DNA of 28,379 nucleotides from an uncultured delta proteobacterium (GTDB lineage Bacteria; Desulfobacterota; Binatia; UBA9968): NCBI GenBank assembly GCA_963840855.1, contig CAWJBB010000071.1, positions 1 to 28,379 of the forward strand, read 5' to 3'. Shown piece by piece: positions 1 to 8,140 of this stretch (position 1 is its first letter; each line of letters starts with the position of its first letter). The notes under the pieces were generated by a model. It saw only the letters and a program-made list of their open reading frames with translations, ran no database searches and was not told where the DNA came from. The position numbers and the translations under genes were made by a program.

Positions 1-69
1 GCGATCGAACCCGTCGATACTCAGCCGCGGCAACTGACTATTCCTGAACTCAAGAAAGATAGTCAGTGA
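1..69 (+). CDS. possible 3' end of a CDS entering from the left edge (AIEPVDTQPRQLTIPELKKDSQ*)
   Basis: Frame 1 is open from base 1 to TGA at 67-69; too short to assign a family. Confidence 0.3.
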   Translation, partial: AIEPVDTQPRQLTIPELKKDSQ

Positions 70-209
70 GTCAGCCATCGGCCGCTGCCGGGCAATGGGA
101 GATATAATAGGTGGAATCGCAAATACAGCGCGGCCCCGACGCCAGCGACCCGCTACAAGGGTAACCGTAGATTCGAGTAAGAGACCGACACAAACGCAAA
201 GGAGAAAAA

Positions 210-812
210 ATGCGCGAGATCCTCACGAACATTTTCACCTGGCCGTGGTTTTCCCAACCCCACGGTTACAATTTTAACGGTCACTTTATCAGGCACGCCG
301 ATGGCAATCTGTGCATCGATCCCGTAGAGCCAAGTGACGAAGATCTGGAGGAACTGGCCAGTCATGGCGTCGCCCGTATTTTAATCACCAATCGCAACCA
401 CTCGCGCGCCGCCAATAAGGTGCGGGCGCGAACCGGCAGCCGGACGGCAATCCATGCAGCGGACGCGCTCCACGCGCGCAACGAAGGAGCCGAGCTAGAT
501 GACGATTTAATTCCAGGCGACAAGGTCGGCCCGTTCATGGTGGTTGGCGTGCCGGGAAAATCGCCGGGAGAAGTCGCCCTTCACTGGCCGGAAAGAAAAA
601 TACTGCTCGTCGGGGATGCGCTGGTCGGCGATCCGCCTGGGCGATGCAAGCTCTTACCGGAAAAGGTTTTGGACGATCTGCCGCGCCTGCGCGAGAGCGT
701 GCGTGGACTTCTTGGTCTGGACTTCGATATCCTGTTGGTTGGCGATGGAGTGCCGATTACCCAGTTTGCCAAGGAACGGCTTCGGGAGCTGGTGGATACT
801 TTCCCTCGGTAA
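210..812 (+). CDS. MBL-fold metallo-hydrolase-like protein with a degenerate metal motif
   Basis: RBS AAGGAG just before ATG 210. MBL layout: LCIDP, ILITNRNH (HxHxDH position), VPGKSPGE (PGHSPG position), LLVGDAL, LLVGDG. Confidence 0.8.
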   Translation: MREILTNIFTWPWFSQPHGYNFNGHFIRHADGNLCIDPVEPSDEDLEELASHGVARILITNRNHSRAANKVRARTGSRTAIHAADALHARNEGAELDDDLIPGDKVGPFMVVGVPGKSPGEVALHWPERKILLVGDALVGDPPGRCKLLPEKVLDDLPRLRESVRGLLGLDFDILLVGDGVPITQFAKERLRELVDTFPR

Positions 813-924
813 AGAAGGCGATGCTTGGGAGAGATCGGCCTGACTCCACAATAGAAGCCTGCGGTCGTTCGACGCGGTCCTGAAAAGATTCCCTAATCAG
901 AGGTTATCATTATTGGAGGAAAAT

Positions 925-1587
925 TTATTTCGGCCGAGATCGTGCTAAACGCCAGGCCGTGTACCACGAAATAAAATCCGGGCGACCGCGATTCCGCATC
1001 ATCTCGCTACTGAAGCGTTCCACCCAGATAGACAGGGGTTTCAGGTTCTCCAGGAGGTAAGGTTTAAACTCGGACCAGTTGCGCGCATGCTCTTCCGACC
1101 GGAAGAGGTTCATGTTGGCTCACCTGTAAGCACGGCCCGGGCCCTGCACCCCGATGGGAGCGGTGGAGTATCCCACGATCGTGTCAGGCTCGACCGTCAT
1201 CACCTCCTCGTCGCGCATAACGATAACCATGGGTGCCCCGCAGTCCAGGCAGGGAGCATCCATCCTTATAGTCTTTCCCGGAAAGAGCCAGCGTACCGCC
1301 AGCGCTTCGAACCCTCACTGGGCAAACCATTTTTGTTCCCCCTCAATAGAAATGCGGTATTGATTGGGCAGGTTGTTAAAAGGCGCGACAGATACTATTT
1401 GATCGGTTTCAGGATGCATGAAGAACGAATAGCCGGTCGCTTCAAGATCGTGAAAGAGCTGCCGCCCTGCTTCTATCGAGACTCCCAGCGCCGCAGCCAG
1501 TTCGGCGTAATGCGGCGCCCGGCCGGTCTCAATGAAACTTCGCATGATATGGTGAAAAGCCTTGTCGAGAGTCGCTAGGTCAGCCAT
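925..1587 (-). CDS. MerB-like (alkylmercury lyase family) protein, predicted selenoprotein with two in-frame UGA (Sec91, Sec156), 220 aa
   Basis: RBS GAGGAGG then ATG at 1587. N-terminal winged-helix-like segment (GRAPHYAELAAALG), then APFNNLP..RISIEG.KWFAQ-UGA(1315-1317)-GFEAL..APCLDCG..AYR-UGA(1120-1122)-ANMNLFRSEEHA, and TAA at 925-927. All three segments share one frame. The UGAs align by eye with MerB C96 (WCALD) and C159 (FC.HVHFF). Hairpins follow both UGAs. Confidence 0.85.
1086..1114 (-). promoter_or_regulatory. bacterial SECIS-like hairpin after the second UGA (1120-1122)
   Basis: Minus strand reads CATG-AAC-CTCTTCC-GGTC-GGAAGAG-CATG: 4-bp lower stem, 3-nt bulge, perfect 7-bp upper stem. 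The apical loop starts with GG, 19 nt after the UGA. Confidence 0.75.
1285..1314 (-). promoter_or_regulatory. weaker SECIS-like hairpin after the first UGA (1315-1317)
   Basis: Minus strand GGGTT-CGA-AGCG-CTGGCGGTA-CGCT-GGCTC: AGCG/CGCT core, a G-U-rich lower stem and a G-containing loop region; folded by eye. Confidence 0.45.
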
Positions 1588-1721
1588 CGTCGGTTCCTCC
1601 TCATGGCTCGAAAATTTCAGATGCTTTGCAGAAAATCCGCCGGAGTGGCGAGGGTCGTTGTTCAATCCGATCGGACCGCCATCGGTCGATTGTTTGCCGC
1701 GGTTCCGTTTACGGTCCATTC

Positions 1722-3205
1722 TCAGTCATGCGCCGCATTGTCGCTGGGTACGCCATATCGCTTTAGTCTGTTCCACGGGACCAGACCGGCAAAGTCCTGC
1801 CGGGTGATTTCTTGAAAAACCAGTAAACCTATACCGTACGCCGCCAGACCGCCCGCATAGGGCATGATGATAATACCGTCAAATTCGGACAACAGGTGAA
1901 AGACCAAGTACATCAAACAGGCGGACACTCCGATATTCAAGGCGCTTCGTTTGCTCATGAACGTGGCAAATCGCTTCCAGACCAAGATCCCCAAGATCAG
2001 GTTGCCTATCAGGCCGATCAAAACGTTGGACAGTGCGGCCCCCGCCGCGCCCCAATTGTCGATGAGGAACATGTATAGATGGCGACGGCGGGAACTAAGG
2101 TCAAGATTTCCAGGACGGCCGCTCTACGGGCTTGCCCCGCTGCGGTAAGAGCCGAGCCGAGAATGGCGTGAACTAGATGTATCCCCTCTCCGGCGACCAG
2201 CAAGGAAAGGACCAGGCCGCCGCCGGAAAAGTCCTTGGAGTATATCCACTGCATCAGCTCTTCCGGTTGCGCCATCAGCACCAAGCAGAGGGGGAGATAG
2301 AATATGAAACAGAATCGCAACGCTTGATTGAGATATCGCCTGGCTAGCTGCTCATCATTGGCAGCGAGCGCTCTGGAGACCGAAGGAAAAATGACCGTGG
2401 TGACGGTAGCCACCAACATTGTCGGAACCCGCGCAATGTTAAATGCCGCGACAAAAATTCCTATCATGGTCCCCGCCGATTTTGGCGAAAGGATTTGCAG
2501 AATCCAGAGAATGAGCGAGCCGCGCAGCAATAGAACGAAGTAATAAAGCCCTATCGACGCCGACGAAGACATCAAGGGCGCGATCTGTTTAAAAAAATGC
2601 TTCGGCCAGCGAAGACTTCCGACGGGGCGTAAGCATGCCAAGCCCATGAGCGTAGCCGCGATATTCACGAGCAGCACGTCTTTTACGGAAAGATCATAGC
2701 GAATGAGCAACAGCACGCCGACTAGTTTTGTGAGTGCATAAAGGACTTGAGAAAGCGCGAGCTGAAAGAATCGGCGGTGGCCCTGGTATATCGCGCGGTA
2801 AGCCGTGTAAGCTCCGAAAAAAGGCAGATCAATGGCGGCAACGCGGAAAAGAAGAGTGCCGTTGGCGATCCCGAACCATGAAGCTAACCAAGGGGCAGCC
2901 ACCCAGAGCAGGATAAAGAAAATCCCGTAGACGGCCAGATTGAGCACAAGAGCGCTATGTTCCAGCTCGGCGCTGCCATCGGTCGCCTCGGCCACCAGCT
3001 TGGTCGTAGCAGCCGGAATCGCGTTTCTCCCCGATTCCTCCAGCCAGACCAGCACTGACATGATGACGCCGTAGGCGCCATAGGTCACCGGGCCGAACTC
3101 CCGAGCCATGATGATTACGGTCAGGTAGCCCAGCACCATCATACAGGACTGACTCAAGATCAGCATGGCAGTGCCGCGGGCCGCGGTAGCGTTACCTTCA
3201 ATCAT
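1722..3205 (-). pseudogene. oligosaccharide/polysaccharide flippase (Wzx/MOP family), frameshifted near 2073-2077
   Basis: Multi-TM protein with AREFGPVTYGAYG and VIFPSVSRALA..RYLNQALRF motifs. ORF 2018..3271 stops looking membrane-like after VAIY, and the hydrophobic C-terminus continues in ORF 1722..2072 (MFLIDNWGAAGAALS). Likely start MIEG at 3205. May be a sequencing error. Confidence 0.75.
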
Positions 3206-3588
3206 GATATCGATCAGCGTATGTATGCAAAAACTCAACGGCCGTTTGGAAAAGCCATCATTGCCGGCCACCGCATAACCGTGGACTTTCGCCGGCGGTC
3301 ATCGGCGTGCCAACCTTTGACTAATTGGCCTGGCGGGCTTCTACGTCCGAGTATCAGCGCGCATAAGAAGATTCCCTCACCATTTCCACTACGAATCACG
3401 CGCAAGGTCAATAGCCTTAGGTCTTTTCAGATCCACCGGCATTGATGCCGATCCGTCGGCTGCTGAATGCGCGTCTTTAAATAATTCGAAAGAAAGTGGC
3501 AGGAGTTTGGTAGGCGAGTTCATTGAGGAGGCCTTGGAGCGCGATGTACCACCACAGCTTCACGACCGACCTCAAACGCAGTGTTGGG

Positions 3589-4833
3589 TCAGAACCGCAG
3601 ACGATTTCCCTGGCTGCCAAAAATATGACGATTGCGCCAGCGCTGACGGTTGAGCCAAATCAGCAGCAGCGCGAGGAAGAGGACACTCGCTCCGGTTGTG
3701 AGCCAGATCATGTCGAACCCGTCCGGCACGGCGGCTTTGGCAACAAGCATCACGCGGGTAAGTTCTTTGTCGCCGATGCGAAAAATCGCTTCGCCGACTT
3801 TTTCGCCTTTGCCGATTGGCAGCTCCAATTCGTCGAGGGCGATCTGCATTTGCGGCACGTCGGATTGCACCGCGGGACCAACGTAATGGGCCGGCTCGGC
3901 CGCGGCAATGGTAATTGTTCTGCCATCCACCACCGAAGTCAGAACCGTTTCTCCACGCTCGATGAGCGACGTGGAGTAAAAGTTCCCGAAGCCATGGTCG
4001 AGGAGATTTTTCGCGTCTTGCCAGAGGGCCTTTTGCGTGCTTTTCAACACTACAGCGACGAATTTTTCGCCGCGGCGCTCGGCGGCGGCAACAAGGTGGA
4101 ACAAACCGCCGTAAACACTGCCGGCGTCTGTCGTTTGTCCTGTTTTGACGCCGATAGCTCCCGGGTAATTCGACAACAGAACGTTGGTGTTCTCAAGCGT
4201 GCCCTGCCATCTCGCACTTTTCCAGGGATAATCTTTCTTGCCGACGATGCGGCGAAATTCGACAGTTTGCAGCGCCGCCTTGGTGATTAGCGCGAGATCA
4301 TAGGCGGTCGTCACGTGCCCTTCTTGCGGCAACCCGGTGGGATTGCGAATACTGGTTTGCAGGGCTCCGATCTGTCGAGCTTTCTCGTGCATCAAAGCGA
4401 CGAATTTTTCGCTGGTGCCACCGACATGTCGCGCCAGCGCGATGGTGGCGTCGTTGGCGGACCTGAGCATCATGCCGTGAAGCAACTGGTCAACGGTCAG
4501 CCGCTCGCCAGCCTCGAGCTGGGCGGATGGGCCGGCGGCCGAAGTCGCTTCCACGGGAACCGTGACCATGTCGTCAAGTTTCGTCCGTTCCAGCACGACC
4601 AGAGCGGTGATAATTTTCGTCGTGCTTGCGGGTGGCACCGGCAGGTCTTTATTGAGCTCCCAGAGTACTTTGCCGCTGCGCATTTCCAGCAGGACGCCCG
4701 CGTCTCCCGCCAATTCCAATTCCGCCGCGCCGGCGGACGCGGCGCACAGAGCGGCGACCCAGGTCAAAACGCAGGCCAATAGCATAGTCCGTAAACTGGG
4801 AAATTTCTCGACTGCGCTTATTTTTATGGGCAT
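3589..4833 (-). CDS. D-alanyl-D-alanine carboxypeptidase (peptidase S11, PBP5/DacA-like) with C-terminal TM anchor
   Basis: SxxK (PASTTK), SxN (RSANDA) and KTG (GVKTGQT) motifs, NPTGL, TTAYDLA, signal peptide and C-terminal hydrophobic helix. Start uncertain (4881, 4833 or 4785). Confidence 0.9.
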   Translation of the reverse strand: MPIKISAVEKFPSLRTMLLACVLTWVAALCAASAGAAELELAGDAGVLLEMRSGKVLWELNKDLPVPPASTTKIITALVVLERTKLDDMVTVPVEATSAAGPSAQLEAGERLTVDQLLHGMMLRSANDATIALARHVGGTSEKFVALMHEKARQIGALQTSIRNPTGLPQEGHVTTAYDLALITKAALQTVEFRRIVGKKDYPWKSARWQGTLENTNVLLSNYPGAIGVKTGQTTDAGSVYGGLFHLVAAAERRGEKFVAVVLKSTQKALWQDAKNLLDHGFGNFYSTSLIERGETVLTSVVDGRTITIAAAEPAHYVGPAVQSDVPQMQIALDELELPIGKGEKVGEAIFRIGDKELTRVMLVAKAAVPDGFDMIWLTTGASVLFLALLLIWLNRQRWRNRHIFGSQGNRLRF

Positions 4834-5022
4834 TCGAAATCTATTCCAAAGTTGCACCGATTCAATTAACATGGTGGTCACGTAGATGATGAAAAAAATG
4901 GCTCAGGATTGCTTTTAGCTCTTATGAAGCGCATTTACAATACTCCGCGCGCCCTCCGGCCGGCCCTCCACTCTGCATAGGGTCAGGATTGCATAAAGAC
5001 GCCGTTGAAAAACCCTATGAAA

Positions 5023-5110
5023 GCTTCGACTAGGCTCACACTTCGACCCTTCGACATAAGCTCAGTAGAACGGAAAAGCTCCAATGATTTCAACCGCATC
5101 AACCGTTCGC
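5023..5110. repeat. degenerate CTTCGAC..GCTCAG..GAACGG / CCGTTC intergenic (REP-like) repeat
   Basis: CTTCGAC occurs three times, GCTCA twice, and GAACGG (5068-5073) is inverted to CCGTTC (5103-5108). Resembles the widespread CTTCGACAGGCTCAGGACGAACGG repeat type. Confidence 0.5.
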
Positions 5111-5248
5111 GCAACCGCTTGGTTCCTCGAAAAGGGTATATATTATCATCGTACTCTTTACGCGCAGGTCCGATTCATTGGTTAGCTTGACTGTTCAGGA
5201 CCGGCATGTTACCGGCAGGCCAGCGATAGGCATGGAAAGGAGAGGCGT

Positions 5249-5443
5249 ATGTCGATGGATATGTCGATGCTGACGGTCATTGTAATGGAAAAAGCAGAAA
5301 AGTTGATCGAGTATCTCGAAGAACCTCGGCGCAGCTTGGAACCCTTTATATCGAGACGTTTGCTACCGTCGGGAGATGAGTTTCACACTCCGAACATGCG
5401 CAGAAAGGGAATTTTTATTGAGGCAGTGGGACCGGAGGATTAG
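5249..5443 (+). CDS. small hypothetical protein (64 aa) or gene remnant
   Basis: Strong RBS AAAGGAGAGG just before the ATG; no recognisable motif. Confidence 0.3.
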   Translation: MSMDMSMLTVIVMEKAEKLIEYLEEPRRSLEPFISRRLLPSGDEFHTPNMRRKGIFIEAVGPED

Positions 5444-5512
5444 CCGCGGCGATAGATATTTGTCTTGAAATCAAGATTGTATCCATCGCGGCCAGGCTTG
5501 GGAGAAATTGAC

Positions 5513-6271
5513 ATGCAGCAACAGAATGGTCAGAAAAAGCTGGCCGTGCTAATCGACGCAGACAATACTCCGCCTTCAATCATTGATGCATTGCTCGCGG
5601 AAATCGCCAAGTATGGTATTGCAAGTGTTCGGCGAATCTACGGTGATTGGACCACGCCTAACTTAAGGGGATGGAAAGATGTTCTTTTGGAACAGGCTAT
5701 CCAGCCCATTCAGCAATTCCGCTATACAGTCGGAAAAAACGCGACTGATAGCGCCCTGATCATCGATGCGATGGATCTGCTGTATACGGAGAAACTTGAT
5801 GGATTCTGCATCGTGTCGAGCGATAGCGACTTTACGCGCTTGGCGTCGCGAATTCGCGAGGCGGGCCTTATTGTGTACGGCTTTGGTGAAAAAAAGACTC
5901 CCAAAGCATTTGTGGGTGCTTGCGACAAGTTCGTTTATACGGAAATATTGCGCGAGGATGAGCCGGCCGGTCCACGAGGAAGGAAAACCACGGCTGACCT
6001 GAACCAGGATACACTGCTGGTTAATCTCTTGAGAAATGCTGTCGATTCCTCCGCGAGCGAAGACGGATGGGCCTATCTGGGTCAAATCGGTCAGCACATA
6101 GCTAATCAGTCTCCGGAGTTTGATCCTCGGAACTATGGTTACAAGAAGCTTGGTGACCTGGTTAGAGCAACTCAGCTTTTTGACGTAGATGAACGACGTT
6201 CCGCAGATTCGCCGGGGATATCGGTTTATGTGCGAGACAAACGAAAGAAACAATCAACAACTACTGTTTAG
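5513..6271 (+). CDS. NYN (LabA/DUF88, PIN-like) domain protein with C-terminal OST-HTH/LOTUS domain
   Basis: LAVLIDADN, RRIYGDW, GKNATDSALIIDAMDL, IVSSDSDF, ACDKFVY; C-terminal PEFDPRNYGYKKLGDL; RBS GGAG before ATG 5513. Confidence 0.92.
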   Translation: MQQQNGQKKLAVLIDADNTPPSIIDALLAEIAKYGIASVRRIYGDWTTPNLRGWKDVLLEQAIQPIQQFRYTVGKNATDSALIIDAMDLLYTEKLDGFCIVSSDSDFTRLASRIREAGLIVYGFGEKKTPKAFVGACDKFVYTEILREDEPAGPRGRKTTADLNQDTLLVNLLRNAVDSSASEDGWAYLGQIGQHIANQSPEFDPRNYGYKKLGDLVRATQLFDVDERRSADSPGISVYVRDKRKKQSTTTV

Positions 6272-6379
6272 AAGCGAGACATTAATTACATTTAAAAAGA
6301 ACGGTGTCCGGGAAAACGGCAGTGCGGCGATGCGGCCGAAAAGAATAGCGTGATGTGGTCGTTTTGTTGAGGTGAGACC

Positions 6380-6772
6380 ATGGAACTAACCGCGCCTGAC
6401 TATGTAATTTTGATCGTGGACGACCTGGATCGGGCACTGCGGTTCTACACTGAAGTACTGGGACTCAAGCTCGGGCATCGTTCGGGAGATTATGCGCAGC
6501 TCGACACGGGTGCTACGCGCCTGGCGCTTTACACTCGGAGTGCCATGGCAACTACCCTGGGCATGTCTCTGGAGGCGCCACGCCCTGCTGCGCCGGGATT
6601 CGAGATTGGCTTTAAGGTGGCTGACGTGGATGCGGCCGTTAGTGAATTGATTGCGCGCGGCGTCTCGCCCGTCGTGCCGCCAACGGACCGGTTCTGGGGA
6701 CAGCGGACGGCTTACGTCCGCGACCCCGACGGCCATCTCATCGAGCTGGCTCAACAGCTGCACGGGCGGTAA
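6380..6772 (+). CDS. VOC/glyoxalase family protein
   Basis: VDDLDRALRFYTEVLGL, FEIGFKVADVD, FWGQRTAYVRDPDGHLIEL; RBS GAGGTG. Confidence 0.92.
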   Translation: MELTAPDYVILIVDDLDRALRFYTEVLGLKLGHRSGDYAQLDTGATRLALYTRSAMATTLGMSLEAPRPAAPGFEIGFKVADVDAAVSELIARGVSPVVPPTDRFWGQRTAYVRDPDGHLIELAQQLHGR

Positions 6773-6800
6773 CGTCCGCTTCGGCGGCGGTTATTCTTCA
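6770..6800 (+). terminator. candidate terminator hairpin between convergent genes
   Basis: TAAC-GT-CCGC-TTCG-GCGG-CG-GTTA stem with a C(UUCG)G tetraloop, followed by TTCTTCAATTT. Confidence 0.4.
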
Positions 6801-6828
6801 ATTTAACCAAGGACAGGGCTCATGTCTG

Positions 6829-7902
6829 CTATCGCAGCCGGCCGCCGGGCATGTGCGGAAAGGCGCTCATTTCGTGGACCGGATCCAAGGGTTGAACTTT
6901 GCTCAGGTAGGCCGGGGTCAGTTGCTCCAGCCGCGTGATTCCGAGTAGTCCCATGGTTGTAACGATTTCGCTCTCCAGTATCTCAAGTACCCGTACCAGG
7001 CCGGCTTGACCCGCTGCGGCGAGGCCCCAGCCTTGCAGTTTGCCGATGGCCACGGCTCGGGCGCCCAGCGCGATGGCTTTGAGCACGTCGCTGCCGCGCA
7101 CGATACCGCCATCGAGAATGATTTCCGCCCGTCCGCGGACGGCATCGACGATTTCCGGCAGCATATCGATGGTGGCGCGGCCGTGGTCGAGCTGGCGTCC
7201 ACCGTGATTGGAGACGTAAATTGTCTGGACGCCATGCTCAACGGCGAGTCGAGCGTCTTCGGCGGTGGCCACGCCCTTCAAGATAAAGGGCAGACCCGTT
7301 ATCTGCTTGATGGCGTCGAGAGTATCCCAGGTGAGCCCGGCGCGATATTCGTAACCTGTGCCGCGCCGACTCGGCGGCAGCCAGCGGTCCATCATCTGAC
7401 GCTCGCGGTGGCCGTAGTGCGCGGTGTCGACGGTAAGGCATAATGCCGAGTAGCCCGACTGCTTGACGCGGATCAGGAGATTCTCGACCCAGTTCAAGTC
7501 TCCTTGCACGTAGAGCTGAAAGATTTTCGGGTTGCGACTGGCGGAGGCGATTTCTTCGAGGCTGGGTTGGGTCACGGAGCTGACGAAGTTGACGGTGCCG
7601 AATCCCTCGGCGGCTTTGGCGACGGCGACTCCACCTTCGGGAGTTATCGACTGCAAAGAGCCGATAGGCGCGAGCATTACGGGAATTCTGAGCTGAGATC
7701 CAAGAAATATCGTGGTCGCATCGACATTGGAAACATCGACGAGCACCCGCGGTCGAAAGGCGAGGCTGTCCAGTCCGGATCGATTGCGGCGCATCGTGGT
7801 TTCGGACTCGGCGCCCCCGGTGAGATAGTGCCAGACGTTTTGCGGAAGATTCTGGCGCGCCGCCATGATGACTTCCTGGTTGGTTACAAAATCGATTGCC
7901 AT
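6829..7902 (-). CDS. FMN-dependent alpha-hydroxy-acid oxidase/dehydrogenase (LldD/glycolate oxidase family)
   Basis: FRPRVLVDV, APIG, FQLY, LTVD, ILKGV, VSNHGGRQLD, LDGGIVRGSDVLKAIALGA. Confidence 0.93.
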   Translation of the reverse strand: MAIDFVTNQEVIMAARQNLPQNVWHYLTGGAESETTMRRNRSGLDSLAFRPRVLVDVSNVDATTIFLGSQLRIPVMLAPIGSLQSITPEGGVAVAKAAEGFGTVNFVSSVTQPSLEEIASASRNPKIFQLYVQGDLNWVENLLIRVKQSGYSALCLTVDTAHYGHRERQMMDRWLPPSRRGTGYEYRAGLTWDTLDAIKQITGLPFILKGVATAEDARLAVEHGVQTIYVSNHGGRQLDHGRATIDMLPEIVDAVRGRAEIILDGGIVRGSDVLKAIALGARAVAIGKLQGWGLAAAGQAGLVRVLEILESEIVTTMGLLGITRLEQLTPAYLSKVQPLDPVHEMSAFPHMPGGRLR

Positions 7903-8140
7903 ATCGCCCCCTTGGTTTTAAAGCGCTAGTTTTCTAATAGCATTTTCAATGAAAACAACGGTATGTCGAGAAGGAGGGCACAGAAGAATGGATCACGCGC
8001 CGTCGCTGATGGCCGGGGATATGTCTTCGTGCTATGTACGGTTCTTGTGCGGACCATTATTTCCGCGGTTTGAGTGCTGGAAGCTCAATCCCCAACCGCG
8101 GCTGGCGTTTTGCCGGCGACTTTAGAAAGAGGAGTTCCCC

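Noticed and set aside
1660-1695. Palindromes upstream of the MerB-like gene as a MerR operator
   Set aside because: Short inverted repeats are present, but I could not place them between -35 and -10 boxes with a 19-bp spacer, and there is no merR in the window
925-1719. Treating 1315..1719 and 925..1113 as two separate small genes, or as a doubly nonsense-mutated pseudogene
   Set aside because: They share a frame, the intervening 64 codons continue the MerB-like sequence, both stops are TGA at catalytic Cys positions, and SECIS-like hairpins follow. The upstream ATG at 1719 lacks the RBS seen at 1587
4899-4992. Sigma54 promoter look-alikes (TGGCTCAGGATTGC and GGGTCAGGATTGC)
   Set aside because: GG-to-GC spacing is 9 nt, not the required 10
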